From a virus (Duplodnaviria; Caudoviricetes), in IMG/VR virus record IMGVR_UViG_3300014167_000001, positions 1 through 54,968 of that record: DNA of 54,968 nt; one strand, given 5' to 3'. Made by a program: the position numbers and the translations under genes. This document shows positions 25,609-35,008 of the stretch, one piece after another (positions within the stretch are counted from its first letter, which is position 1; each line of letters begins with the position of its first letter). Under the pieces are notes generated by a model that ran no database searches, was not told the DNA's origin, and saw only the letters and a list, made by a program, of their open reading frames with translations.

Positions 25609-26637
25609 TTACCGCATGGCGGCGCGCATCTTCTGGCGCTCCATCCGCGCTGCGATCTTTTTCCCGCGCTCGTTGGCGACCCACTCGTCCATGCTCATAT
25701 CGCTCGGGGCCTTTGAAGGGCCCGGACCGGACGGGACGGGGGTCGGCGGCGGCGGTGCGTTGGTAGAGGACTTCTGCTTCGGGGGTGTGGGCTTCGCTGC
25801 CGCAGGAGCCGGAGCCGGGGTGCTGAGCTGCGCTTCGAGTTTGCCGATCTGCACGAGCTGCTGCTCCCGGGGCATCCGCGAAATGCGCGCGGCGAGATCC
25901 GGATGAGTCGCGAGATGGACAGTGATCTTGGCGCCAGCGTCAGAGAACACGACAGCGCGCGCGGCGGATTCGTCCAGCTTGGGCAGGTTGGGGTTAGCAA
26001 GCGCCGCGCGTAGAGCGACATCGTCGCCCACCAGCGTATCGACGCTGGTCGAAAATTTCGCGCGAGCTGCTTCCACCGTCTGCTTCTGCTGGGCGCCCGT
26101 GAGGGCCGCCTCAACACGCTTGTCGACCTGTCTCTGCAGCCACTCGTTCTGCTGCTGCGAGAACTGGACCGGGTCGAACCCGACACTTTCCAGAGTAGGG
26201 GCGGGGTCATCTGCGGGCGGAGCTGTCGGCGCGGGGGCGGCCGCGGGTGCCGGCGCAACGCCAGCTTTCGCCTCAAGATCCTTCAGTCTCTGCTGCAGAT
26301 GCTCGCCGTAGGACCGGAGAGCGTCACGCTCGACAATCAAACCCTCGATGCGATCCCGAGCGCGGCCGCCGGGAGCAGGAGCAGCCGGAGCTGCATCACC
26401 GTTACCGTCGTTCGTCGCTTCGCTGTCAGGAGCAGCGGCTGCGGGTGCTGAATCCGCGGTGTCAGCAGAAGTCTCGTCTCCTACCGGAACGGCCGGGTCC
26501 GAATCAGGTGCCGGGGCGGACGACGCCTCGGGCTGTGCCGGCGCTGAAGGCGCACTGGCCGGCGGAGTGGGTGCCGGCGCTGACGCGGCCGGGGCGGATT
26601 TTTCGTAGGCAGCAAGGTCTTCACGTGAAAAAGCCAT
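25609..26637 (-). CDS. Scaffolding protein
   Basis: Pro/Ala/acidic N-terminus, RI..L..ER coiled coil, IGKLEA and MSMDEW motifs; between portal and coat. Confidence 0.8.
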   Translation of the reverse strand: MAFSREDLAAYEKSAPAASAPAPTPPASAPSAPAQPEASSAPAPDSDPAVPVGDETSADTADSAPAAAAPDSEATNDGNGDAAPAAPAPGGRARDRIEGLIVERDALRSYGEHLQQRLKDLEAKAGVAPAPAAAPAPTAPPADDPAPTLESVGFDPVQFSQQQNEWLQRQVDKRVEAALTGAQQKQTVEAARAKFSTSVDTLVGDDVALRAALANPNLPKLDESAARAVVFSDAGAKITVHLATHPDLAARISRMPREQQLVQIGKLEAQLSTPAPAPAAAKPTPPKQKSSTNAPPPPTPVPSGPGPSKAPSDMSMDEWVANERGKKIAARMERQKMRAAMR

Positions 26638-26707
26638 TTTGAAACTCCAGCGCGGGTATTCGATCCCGCGAAAACGTGCTCACCGAGTTTGAACCAATCC
26701 AAAACTG

Positions 26708-28789
26708 TTAGGGCGCCGACTCTCCCTTGGCCGCAGCCTCTTCGCTGAGACGCGCGGTGGCGTCGGCGGAGTTGCCGGCGATCTTCTGGGCCGCGATCAG
26801 GTTGGCGAGGTGCTTGCCTGCCGACTCGATGATGCGGTCATGCTGGTCGAGCGGAATCTGCTGCGCCTTGCTCTGCTGGATCGCGGCGCCCGCCTTGTCG
26901 CGGGCCGTGAGCGCCTGCAGCCGAGCCAACTGTGCCGTCTGCATCGGGTCGGGTTGCGGCGGCGGGGGCAGCGTCTTCTGCTCTTCCTTCGTCGGCTGCA
27001 CGATGCCCTGCTGAATGAGCGGGATTCGCAAGCGACGCGTGAGTTCGTCGGAGTCGAGCATGTCGATGTTCTTCGACAGGAGATCCGGCGCCATCTGCGC
27101 GATCGACGGCAGCACTTCCGCGGCCTCGATGAGGGTCGCGAGCGCTTCCTGCCGGGCGGTCTGGAAGCTGGGGCCGATCGTGACCTTGCAGGAGTAGCTC
27201 CCTTTCGAGAGGTCGTGGAGGACGTCCCCCGACTCCGGGTCCGGGCCGTTCAGCGTGACCAGCTTCTCGACGCCGTCCTCGCCGATGATCTGCTCAACAC
27301 GCTCGCTGTCGTAGACAGACGGGATCATGTCGATCAGCATCTCCCACGTGAGCTGTAGCGCGTCGCCGAAGCCATCGACGAACTCGAAGCTGCCGAGGTC
27401 GGAGCGGCGCGTGTGCTGGACGAGCGCCTTGCCGCTGACGCGATTCATCTCCTCGGAGTTGCCGAGCGCCGGGTCAAAGAATCCGGTCGTCGCCTGAATG
27501 TCGGAGATCGCCTGCTGCGCAAGCGCGATCGCGCCAGACGGCATGTCGAGCGGCGTCGTGCGCTGTGGCATACCCCCCGCGCTGACCGCCTTCGGGTCGA
27601 CGTTGTACGGCAAGTACGGACGGGAAGCTGTATTCGCCTGCGCCCACTGGTCTTCGTACCCCTTGATCATCGTCTCGGTCGCGAGATACGGGGCCTTCGG
27701 GATGAGAGCGCTGCGCTCGATCATGTCCGACGCCCGGCTGTTGTAGCTCCGCTGCGCGTCCTTCGCGTGGCGGATCATGCTCTGCAGCTTCTTGCGGCCC
27801 TCGATATTGATGTAGCGACCCGGGACGCGCACGATTGGAATCCGCTTCCAATTGTAGTAGATCGGGCCTTCGAGAATCGTGCCGCCGTTGCACTTCACCC
27901 ACATGACGCGCCACTTGAGCACGGTGCGGGTCTTCTTCATGCGGCGGGCTTTGTCCTTGCCGTGGCCCAGCGCTTCGAGCTGCTTCTCGACGCTCTTCGC
28001 TTCCTCATCCCAGTCGATGACGTCGCCGTTCGTCATCAACGCGATCGTCTTCTCGTACGGCACGCGCTCGTAGTATTCGACGACGCGAACTTCCTTGTCC
28101 GTGAACCAACCGTACGAGTCGCGCGAGATCGAGAAGCTGGTGTCGGAGCCCGCGTTCGGGTACAGCGTGTTGTGCTTGACCTTCGAGATGCGCGTGCCGA
28201 TCATGCCCCACATGGCGTCGCCCGCACACGGGTCGTTGCACTCCGGATCCCAGATGACGGTCTGCGGGTTCGCGACGTCCTTGATCCGCAGCACCTGATC
28301 CCACGTGTCATCACCCGCGTACTCAGGAGCGATGTACCAGACGCCGAAGCCGCCGGCCACCGCGAACTTGTACTGGTTCTTATAGATGACCGGCGCGCGA
28401 CTCGCGTCCTCGATGCTGCGGCACAGGCCGCCGAGCATCTCGGCAGTCTCGCCCTTCGCGCCTTCGGACGCGGGCCGAACCTTGCCATTCGGCCGCGTCT
28501 GGCGCATGTCGGCGACAACGAGGTTCACCGGGCCGATCACGCGGTTGAACGTGTAGCACGGCTTGCCCTTGCGGGCTTCGAGCACGACCGGATCCCACTG
28601 CCCCATCGTCTCCGCGTTGTAGACGAAGTTGAGATCTTCCGAGTGGAGCCGACGATTCTCCTCGAACGCGCCGACGCCTTCGTCGTATTTGTTCCGGATC
28701 CGCGAGAGGAGTTCTTCCGTCGTGGTCGGATCAAGTGCGGTTTCCCCGGTTGGGGGTTGGAGATTCGGCGGGGTCCGGTCGTCGCTCAC
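26708..28789 (-). CDS. Portal protein (P22-like)
   Basis: ED..F....QW, KPC.TFN, V.WDP, IRHAKDAQR.YN, SGKA, GPSF.T.RQE; GTG start 28789 with GAGGA RBS. Confidence 0.92.
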   Translation of the reverse strand: MSDDRTPPNLQPPTGETALDPTTTEELLSRIRNKYDEGVGAFEENRRLHSEDLNFVYNAETMGQWDPVVLEARKGKPCYTFNRVIGPVNLVVADMRQTRPNGKVRPASEGAKGETAEMLGGLCRSIEDASRAPVIYKNQYKFAVAGGFGVWYIAPEYAGDDTWDQVLRIKDVANPQTVIWDPECNDPCAGDAMWGMIGTRISKVKHNTLYPNAGSDTSFSISRDSYGWFTDKEVRVVEYYERVPYEKTIALMTNGDVIDWDEEAKSVEKQLEALGHGKDKARRMKKTRTVLKWRVMWVKCNGGTILEGPIYYNWKRIPIVRVPGRYINIEGRKKLQSMIRHAKDAQRSYNSRASDMIERSALIPKAPYLATETMIKGYEDQWAQANTASRPYLPYNVDPKAVSAGGMPQRTTPLDMPSGAIALAQQAISDIQATTGFFDPALGNSEEMNRVSGKALVQHTRRSDLGSFEFVDGFGDALQLTWEMLIDMIPSVYDSERVEQIIGEDGVEKLVTLNGPDPESGDVLHDLSKGSYSCKVTIGPSFQTARQEALATLIEAAEVLPSIAQMAPDLLSKNIDMLDSDELTRRLRIPLIQQGIVQPTKEEQKTLPPPPQPDPMQTAQLARLQALTARDKAGAAIQQSKAQQIPLDQHDRIIESAGKHLANLIAAQKIAGNSADATARLSEEAAAKGESAP

Positions 28790-29031
28790 GTCGGCAGTTC
28801 CTCCACGATGATGCGGCGCTGACCAACCGCGACGTAGGCGTCGGTAGTCTTGCCGGCGGGTACGACGACGGGCGCCACTGGCGCCGGCTTCCACCTCACC
28901 ACTTTCTGCGCCTCACCAGTTGGCTTGCCGTGCTTGTCGAGCACGGGTTTCGTGCTGATGTCGGCGTCCTCGAAGCTGACGCGCATGGCGTTTAGCTGAC
29001 TGTGGTTCTTCACGGAAATCTGCGTAGTCAT
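28786..29031 (-). CDS. Hypothetical protein
   Basis: 81 aa with GAGGA RBS; its stop overlaps the portal start. Confidence 0.65.
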   Translation of the reverse strand: MTTQISVKNHSQLNAMRVSFEDADISTKPVLDKHGKPTGEAQKVVRWKPAPVAPVVVPAGKTTDAYVAVGQRRIIVEELPT

Positions 29032-29053
29032 AGTGTCCTCACCTGTTTGAAAA

Positions 29054-30613
29054 TCAGCCGCTCCACACGGGCGACGGTGTCCAGTCGAACCAGCGTTTGC
29101 CGACGACGATGTTCGGCTCGACCTTCGCGCGCTCGCGCCCGCTCATCATGAAGTACCGGATGGCGTCCATGAGGTGGTCGTTCTGTTTCACGATGTTGCC
29201 TTTCTCGTCGCGGCGGTAGAGGCGGTACTCGTTGCGGGTGTTCGTGCAGGTGCTGAACACCTTGAACTGGCCCTGACTCATCGCCTCCCACACCGTGTAG
29301 ACGCCGGCCTCGCGCGCGTTATTCGCCGGCTCGACGTCGAGCCCGAGCTGCAGGTACAGCTCCAGCATCTGCTCGCCGTCTTTCTGGCTTCGGCCGCGTG
29401 CGGCCGGGTCGATGACGCCGGGCAACCACTTGCCGCGCGTGTGGATCGCAGCCGCGTGCACAGAGGGCTCGGCCTGCCCGCGATAGTATTCGTCGTACAT
29501 CACGACGCCGCGCGTCTCGGGGTTGATGGCGAAGAACCCGGCCGCCGTGCGATTCCAACCAACGTCGAGCGAGAAGCCGCGCGGCCAATGCCGCGGGATC
29601 TCGTACGGCGGAATGATGATGTCGCTCTCGGGAATCTGGTAGATCGCGCCAGCCCCGAGCTGCGGAACGCCCTTCGTGCGCGCGTCGCGTTGCCACGGCG
29701 GGATGCTGGCGAGGATCGCGGCCTTCTGAGATTCGCTCAGGTGCGGCACGTCCTCCCACGAGACCATGATCGCGACCTTGGAGCCGCTGCTCTTGGGCGT
29801 CTCTGTGCCGCCGTCTGTCGGCGTCGGCGCCAGTTCCGGCAGGTAGAGCAGCATCAGCTTCGTGAGGCCCTGCAGCGGCGTGGCTGTGAGGAACACGATG
29901 CCGTTCACGGTCATGGTGCGGAGCAGGCACTCCGTGTAGATGTCCTCGGGCGGCTCTTCGTCCGGCCAGATGACATGCTGTGACGTGCCTTGGAACGCTT
30001 CGCGGCCCTGATCGTAGCTCTTGAACTGCAGCGTCGAAACGCCGCCGGTCGGCACGTGCCGAACGAAAACCGTCTCGACGGCGTCCGCGAGTCCGTGCTT
30101 CACGGTCGCGCGCAGGATCAGCTCGCCGCGGATGAGGCCCGTACCTTTCGCGGCCTCGTCGCCGGGCGCGCCGATCATGAGGCGCTGGATGATGTCGCGG
30201 ACGTTCTTGCCGGTGTCGCCCGCGGCCCACGCCTCGACCGGGTGATCAAAGCGCCGGCCTTCCCACCAGTCCGGATACTCGCCCGTCAGGTGGTAGGTCA
30301 TCTCGCAGCCGCCAGCGATCGTCTTGCCCGACCGGTTGCCGCCGAACATGCCGCGCTCGTTGTGCGTGCGGCCGAGGCGGAAGAATTGCATCTGCTTCGC
30401 GTAGGCTGCGCGGATCTCCGGGGTACTAAAGTAGGTCCGAATTCGGTTCCTGCTCTCGTCCCGCTCGATCGCTTCGAGCATCTGTAAGAGCTGCAGCTTC
30501 TCGCTTCGGCTCAACAATTTCGTACTCAACGTCGATAGCGCCGAGTCTGTCGATGATGCGGTCACCGAACTTTGCGAGGAGTTTGGTGAGTCGGTTGTCG
30601 AGCTGCTGGTCAT
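29054..30613 (-). CDS. terL: Terminase large subunit (true start probably TTG near 30529 or later)
   Basis: Walker A GGNRSGKT, FKSYDQGRE.FQG, Walker B WPDEEP, LTATP, nuclease DVGW and DHLMDA.RY. Confidence 0.95.
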   Translation of the reverse strand: MTSSSTTDSPNSSQSSVTASSTDSALSTLSTKLLSRSEKLQLLQMLEAIERDESRNRIRTYFSTPEIRAAYAKQMQFFRLGRTHNERGMFGGNRSGKTIAGGCEMTYHLTGEYPDWWEGRRFDHPVEAWAAGDTGKNVRDIIQRLMIGAPGDEAAKGTGLIRGELILRATVKHGLADAVETVFVRHVPTGGVSTLQFKSYDQGREAFQGTSQHVIWPDEEPPEDIYTECLLRTMTVNGIVFLTATPLQGLTKLMLLYLPELAPTPTDGGTETPKSSGSKVAIMVSWEDVPHLSESQKAAILASIPPWQRDARTKGVPQLGAGAIYQIPESDIIIPPYEIPRHWPRGFSLDVGWNRTAAGFFAINPETRGVVMYDEYYRGQAEPSVHAAAIHTRGKWLPGVIDPAARGRSQKDGEQMLELYLQLGLDVEPANNAREAGVYTVWEAMSQGQFKVFSTCTNTRNEYRLYRRDEKGNIVKQNDHLMDAIRYFMMSGRERAKVEPNIVVGKRWFDWTPSPVWSG

Positions 30614-31460
30614 TCAGTTTCTCCGGGTTGCGCACGTTGAGGTCGAGGCGTTCCCGATACTCGGGCATCTTCGCACTCAAGACCTTCGTGAGCAGTTTGT
30701 CGTTGCCGGCGAGAGCCATCTGGATCGCGCGCTCTTCGAGCGCCTTCGCTGCCAGTGGATCCGCGCCCCTCACGGCGTCGGCAAAATCCGTGTTCCGCTC
30801 GATCTCCGCGTAATACTCCGATGGAGTCACGACGATCGCGTCGCGCGCGGTCGCGGTGTTGCCCGTGTCGACGTAGACCTGAATGAAGCGGGCGCGCTTC
30901 TCGGGCGTCCACTCGTACGGGCCGTATTCTGTTGGCGTGCGCTTGACGCCGAGCCGGTCCTCCAGCTCGTTCACCGCGGCGCGAAACACCGCGGAGTACG
31001 ACAGGCGACCGAGCACCTGCGCAGTCGTCATGCCGGCGGTCTTCGCCGCCTCGTCGAAGTTGCGCAGGTGCGCGTACGCTTCGAGGAATTTCTTCTCCGC
31101 CTTGTCGGGCTCGACGGGAGAAGGTGCCACCACGATCGGCGAGGCGTTTGGGATCTGCTCGCGTTGCTTGTAAGGGCGTTTGTAGTCGGGCGTCCCGCCC
31201 GCCTTAGCGCCGATCGTGGGGCGACCGTTCTTGAGCCGGTGGCAGTCGACGCACAGGCGCGGATTGCTCACGTAGCGCGGGGCCATGTGTCCGTACCGAC
31301 ACACGCTGGTGTCGTAGAACTGCGGCCAGCCGCGGGCTCGCGCCTCCGCGAGCGACACGAGTCGGCTCGGGAGGTTGTTGTAGAGGTCCGGCCGTCCGTC
31401 GCCAGTCAACGGCGCGATCGTGCTCGGATCAATCGGGGGGAACTCAGCCTGTTCCGCCAA
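30426..31460 (-). CDS. Putative terminase small subunit with N-terminal Cys/His domain
   Basis: Immediately upstream of terL; helical C-half with LEERAIQMA..G.DKLL..L....PEYRE; N-terminal C..GH...RY....C..C. Confidence 0.65.
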   Translation of the reverse strand: MAEQAEFPPIDPSTIAPLTGDGRPDLYNNLPSRLVSLAEARARGWPQFYDTSVCRYGHMAPRYVSNPRLCVDCHRLKNGRPTIGAKAGGTPDYKRPYKQREQIPNASPIVVAPSPVEPDKAEKKFLEAYAHLRNFDEAAKTAGMTTAQVLGRLSYSAVFRAAVNELEDRLGVKRTPTEYGPYEWTPEKRARFIQVYVDTGNTATARDAIVVTPSEYYAEIERNTDFADAVRGADPLAAKALEERAIQMALAGNDKLLTKVLSAKMPEYRERLDLNVRNPEKLNDQQLDNRLTKLLAKFGDRIIDRLGAIDVEYEIVEPKREAAALTDARSDRAGREQEPNSDLL

Positions 31461-32238
31461 GCCAGTTCCCGTGCCGGTCGTAACCGGCGCTCTGCTGCCA
31501 CAGCAGCGCTTCGTGCTTCGAGTCGTTCGTCGTGCCGTAGCACGCCTGTTCCCAAACCCAGACGAGTTCCTCGCCCTCGAAGTCCCACTCGATCTGGTTG
31601 CGCGGGCTGAACTCGACGATGTCGCCGACCTTCACGCGCATCGGGCGCGTCTTGCCGGTCTCGTCGCCGTCCTCGAAGTAGAGGGAGCGCTCGGTGTTGA
31701 GGTGACCCTGCATGAGGTCGAAGCGCACCTTGCGGCGCTGACGACGACCGGGGCCTGTCGCGACGACGAGGCCCTTCTGCAGCGAGATGCCAGTCGTCCA
31801 GAGGACGGGGTGCTGGTACTCGAAGCGCTTGATCAAGAGCCGGTCACGCAGCGGACGCACCAGTCGATTGATGCGCGCGAGGTGCGGCGGCAGCTCATGG
31901 GCGGCAGTCGACGCGCTGTCGAGGGCGGCGCCCAACGCCGCGTCGAAGTCGGTGCCAACCACGAGGTCGACTTCGCTGTCGCGCAGGATGCGGATCGCCT
32001 CGCCGTTGTACACCGACTCCATGCCGACCGCGGCGCCGAACACGACGACGTCGCCGGGCTGCGTCTTCATCGGAGCCGCGCCACCGTCGATCAGGGGGCG
32101 CCCGGGTCCGACGGCGAGCACGGTGCCGATGAGCGTACGCTGCCAGTCCGGCAGGAGCACTGCGGCCTTCACAGGCACGTAGCGGACGGCGATCAGCTCG
32201 CCGAGTAGTTGCATCGGAAAAGTAGACACGAGCCTCAC
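31444..32238 (-). CDS. Tandem (double-domain) GroES/Cpn10-like co-chaperonin
   Basis: Domain 1 GTVLAVGPGR..PM...PGDVVVF; domain 2 RPLRDRLLIKR..G.VVATGPG...PMRVKVGDIVEF. Confidence 0.85.
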   Translation of the reverse strand: MRLVSTFPMQLLGELIAVRYVPVKAAVLLPDWQRTLIGTVLAVGPGRPLIDGGAAPMKTQPGDVVVFGAAVGMESVYNGEAIRILRDSEVDLVVGTDFDAALGAALDSASTAAHELPPHLARINRLVRPLRDRLLIKRFEYQHPVLWTTGISLQKGLVVATGPGRRQRRKVRFDLMQGHLNTERSLYFEDGDETGKTRPMRVKVGDIVEFSPRNQIEWDFEGEELVWVWEQACYGTTNDSKHEALLWQQSAGYDRHGNWLGGTG

Positions 32239-32247
32239 CTCGGGGTC

Positions 32248-32649
32248 TTAGGGAACAGTGCCGTTCGGCGTCTGAATCGCCATGATCTCGATGATCGAGA
32301 TAGCGTTCATGGTGAACGGTTGGCCGGTCACGGAGTCAACCGCGACTGCCTGAATCCAAAGCTGGCAGAGCTGCGAGCCCTGTCCAATCGACGGATATGT
32401 GAACGCGAGCACGGAGCCCGGGATCTGCAGCGTCATCGCCGACCCGGTCGGCGCGATGGGCGTGCCGGGCACCATGTTGGCGACGTTCGTGATGTCGTCG
32501 AGTTGCCACGCGATCGACGTCGGCGTGACCGCGGTCTGCGTGTGGTCGAGGAACTGCATGTCCACGAAGACATCCGTCCCCGCGTACACGCGGTTGTCGA
32601 CGTACGGGGCGGTAGGTTGCCCGTACAGTCCGCGGTTGTTGACGGTCAC
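32248..32649 (-). CDS. Hypothetical beta-rich protein (possibly virion)
   Basis: 133-aa ORF in the late operon with genome-like codon usage. Confidence 0.6.
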   Translation of the reverse strand: MTVNNRGLYGQPTAPYVDNRVYAGTDVFVDMQFLDHTQTAVTPTSIAWQLDDITNVANMVPGTPIAPTGSAMTLQIPGSVLAFTYPSIGQGSQLCQLWIQAVAVDSVTGQPFTMNAISIIEIMAIQTPNGTVP

Positions 32650-32710
32650 GCGTTAGGCCACGTCGGCCAGACGTTGACGAAGATGTCGCCCGCGCGCACG
32701 GTGACGATGA

Positions 32711-33169
32711 TCACAGGAGGCCGCTCCGCTTCTCTTTGATCTTCGCGGGCTTCTCACCCAGCTTCATGCCTTCCGGGTGAACCTTGCCGGCGTGACGGAT
32801 GACGTGGTCCGCGCGAGCGTGCACCTTCTGGTGCTCTTCGCTCGTCAGGCGCCCCTCGATCCAGTTGCGCGTCGCGTTCTTCTTCACGTACATCGCGTCT
32901 TCCTTGAGCTGCGCAGCGACGCTGGGCGGCTTCATGGGCATTGGCGACATCGCCATCGGCGCGGCCTTCGGCGTCTCCGCCTTCACGCCCTTCGAGGCGG
33001 CGCGCTCGCCCACCTGCGTTGCACCGGTCTCGCCGCGCTTGCCGTTCTTGGCGTTGGCCTTCGGGTTCTTCGGCGGGTACTCGCCGGTCTTCTTGCCGGA
33101 CGTCTTCGGCTCTTTCGGCGGCTTGCCGAATGCAGCCGCGAGCAGCGGCGACGGTGATTCCTTAGCCAT
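32711..33169 (-). CDS. Lys/Pro-rich basic hypothetical protein
   Basis: Start MAKESP overlapping the upstream stop; very basic. Confidence 0.6.
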   Translation of the reverse strand: MAKESPSPLLAAAFGKPPKEPKTSGKKTGEYPPKNPKANAKNGKRGETGATQVGERAASKGVKAETPKAAPMAMSPMPMKPPSVAAQLKEDAMYVKKNATRNWIEGRLTSEEHQKVHARADHVIRHAGKVHPEGMKLGEKPAKIKEKRSGLL

Positions 33170-33371
33170 GATGTCCGGCTCCGAGTTTCTTGTTCGCACG
33201 AGCTACGATTCTCTCGTACTCGAATTTGGTGAGGTGACCGTCCGACCACATTTGCTTGGCGCGCGCCTTGGCGTTCGCAGCGTGCGCCTTGTCCTCGATC
33301 GGGTACGACCGACCGGGGCCGGCGAACTCCGAGCTGGGGATGCGCTTGCGCGCGGCGGCGTTGAGTTTCAC
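33162..33371 (-). CDS. Small basic phage protein (DUF6582-like)
   Basis: R..IP.SEFA.P.R.YPI.D.AHA.NA.AR motif. Confidence 0.65.
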   Translation of the reverse strand: MKLNAAARKRIPSSEFAGPGRSYPIEDKAHAANAKARAKQMWSDGHLTKFEYERIVARANKKLGAGHHG

Positions 33372-33538
33372 GGCGTCTTCCTCTTGCCTTCGGCCCAGCG
33401 GCTCAGGCGCTTCTTGCGCGCCTGCCGCTGTTCCGAGTAGCCAATCGCGACCGCCTGCTTCGGCGGTGTCCCGGCGCGCACCTCGGTCGCGATGTTCTTC
33501 GAGCGCGCCTTGTTAGACGCGCTCTTGATGAGCGGCAT
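33368..33538 (-). CDS. Small basic phage protein (56 aa, not in the ORF track)
   Basis: MPLIKSASNKARSKNIATEVRAGTPPKQAVAIGYSEQR..., a MPL.K..S...NI..E...G.P.KQAVAI pattern; GTGA overlap downstream. Confidence 0.7.
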   Translation of the reverse strand: MPLIKSASNKARSKNIATEVRAGTPPKQAVAIGYSEQRQARKKRLSRWAEGKRKTP

Positions 33539-33547
33539 GGCCGGGGC

Positions 33548-33796
33548 TTAGCGCTTCTCGACCCCGAGATCGCCGATCGGATCCTTGCAGCCGCCGCTGT
33601 GCTTCAGCGCGCGCTCGTAGATCCCGTGGGCGGCGCGGTTGAGATCCGCTTCCTTCGAGCCGCTGTCGCGCTCGGCATCCTGCACGACGTTCTTGAACGC
33701 GCCGCTCGGATGACGCGTGATCCCCGGGTTCTCGGACGACGGGTGCTTCTCGACTTCCTTGTACGCGCGGTTGGCGCGCGGAACGACCTTGGGCAT
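33548..33796 (-). CDS. Hypothetical protein
   Basis: 82 aa with GAGGA RBS. Confidence 0.6.
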   Translation of the reverse strand: MPKVVPRANRAYKEVEKHPSSENPGITRHPSGAFKNVVQDAERDSGSKEADLNRAAHGIYERALKHSGGCKDPIGDLGVEKR

Positions 33797-33823
33797 GGGA
33801 AAATCCTCTGTTGAAAAACGCGA

Positions 33824-33847
33824 GTCAAAAGTGCGGGCGAACCCGCG
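33824..33847 (-). terminator. Rho-independent terminator
   Basis: GCGGG-TTCG-CCCGC followed by ACTTTT on the minus strand. Confidence 0.55.
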
Positions 33848-33853
33848 TTGGTG

Positions 33854-34285
33854 TTAGAGCGAGCCGGAACCGACCGACTGGAATACGACCGTGCCCGGGT
33901 TCGAGACCGTGACGACGAAGTCGCGGAACGAGTTGGTGATGAGGGTCGCCGTGCCGTTGATCGTCACGCCGCTGCCGCCGGTCAGGGTGACCGTGCCGGC
34001 ATTGGTGTTGCTGATGCGGACGTAGTACGTGACGCCCGCGCCAAACACGTTGGCCGGCTCAAGCACACCCGCGGCGCTCAGCGCGGCGATGATGTTCGCG
34101 TAGATCGCGGCAGCGGTCGGGAGCTGCAGCGGGCCAGCGTTCGACGAGGACGAGTAGTTCTCAGCCGCGCCGCTGACGGCGTTGACCGGAACCGCGGTGA
34201 CCGCGAACGCGCCAGAGTAGTTGTAGCTCGGGAGCGCGGTAATGCCGGGATAGAAGTCGTCTCGGAAGACGCCAAGGGTAGTCAT
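33854..34285 (-). CDS. Putative virion decoration protein
   Basis: LPTAA, ISN...GTVTLTGGSGVTI.G pattern; AGGAG RBS. Confidence 0.6.
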   Translation of the reverse strand: MTTLGVFRDDFYPGITALPSYNYSGAFAVTAVPVNAVSGAAENYSSSSNAGPLQLPTAAAIYANIIAALSAAGVLEPANVFGAGVTYYVRISNTNAGTVTLTGGSGVTINGTATLITNSFRDFVVTVSNPGTVVFQSVGSGSL

Positions 34286-34305
34286 GGGTCAATTCTCCTG
34301 TTTGA

Positions 34306-34716
34306 TCAACGCCCGTTACCCGGGGCGACTGTGACGATGGTCGGGCCCGCGCCGGAAGCGATCGCGGACACGAACTGGGGATTGCCGGGAACCGAGACGA
34401 CGCGCGTCTGGTTCGGTGCGACCGTGATGCCGCCCATCGCACCGTCGCCCGCGAGCACTGCGGCAGCAACCGCTGCCGCTGCCGTCGCGCCGAAACCGAC
34501 GCAGACGTAGAGCGTCGTGCTCGTGTTGGTGATCGCGAACTGATTCGGCACCGAGCCCGGCGTCGCGGTCGAGCCGCCCGGAGGCGTCGGGAGCTGCACG
34601 CCCGCGTGCGCCGAAGCGATGACCGACAGCGTGAGGTCGGTCAGGCCCGGCACCGCCGTCGCGCTGTTGACGAACAGCGGCTGGAATGCCTGCGTGAGCT
34701 GGTTGACGTCGGTCAT
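34306..34716 (-). CDS. Putative virion decoration protein
   Basis: Ala/Gly/Thr-rich beta protein ending VAPGNG. Confidence 0.55.
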   Translation of the reverse strand: MTDVNQLTQAFQPLFVNSATAVPGLTDLTLSVIASAHAGVQLPTPPGGSTATPGSVPNQFAITNTSTTLYVCVGFGATAAAAVAAAVLAGDGAMGGITVAPNQTRVVSVPGNPQFVSAIASGAGPTIVTVAPGNGR

Positions 34717-34732
34717 GGGCGGAGGGCCTCGG

Positions 34733-34761
34733 TTGCAAAAGAAAATTGGTTGTGTTATAAT
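34733..34761 (+). promoter_or_regulatory. Near-consensus sigma70 promoter
   Basis: TTGCAA-17 nt-TATAAT with extended TG in an AT-rich patch. Confidence 0.8.
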
Positions 34762-34814
34762 GCACGGGCCGGCTAGGACCGGCGCCGTTCTTTAAATCAC
34801 GAGGAGCAAGTCAC

Positions 34815-35003
34815 ATGGCAGCAAGTCGACTACGGCACACGCCGCTCACCCGCGAGCAGTTGTACGACATCTACGATCGCGCGACGTGCGCGGTCTACGA
34901 TGCGATGGACGCGGAGCCGAACGAGCAGCAATCATCGCAGCTTGAGGCGATGTACCTGCGCCTCTCGGAGATGCGAGAGGCGTACGACGGACTCGGCGGA
35001 TAA
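34815..35003 (+). CDS. Small acidic protein in an autonomous (moron-like) cassette
   Basis: 62 aa, GAGGAG RBS, own promoter and terminator, antisense to flanking genes. Confidence 0.75.
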   Translation: MAASRLRHTPLTREQLYDIYDRATCAVYDAMDAEPNEQQSSQLEAMYLRLSEMREAYDGLGG

Positions 35004-35008
35004 GAGAC

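Noticed and set aside
32653-32714. Possible 20-aa ORF (MIIVTVRAGDIFVNVWPTWP) on the minus strand
   Set aside because: Too short to support from sequence alone, despite the GTGA overlap
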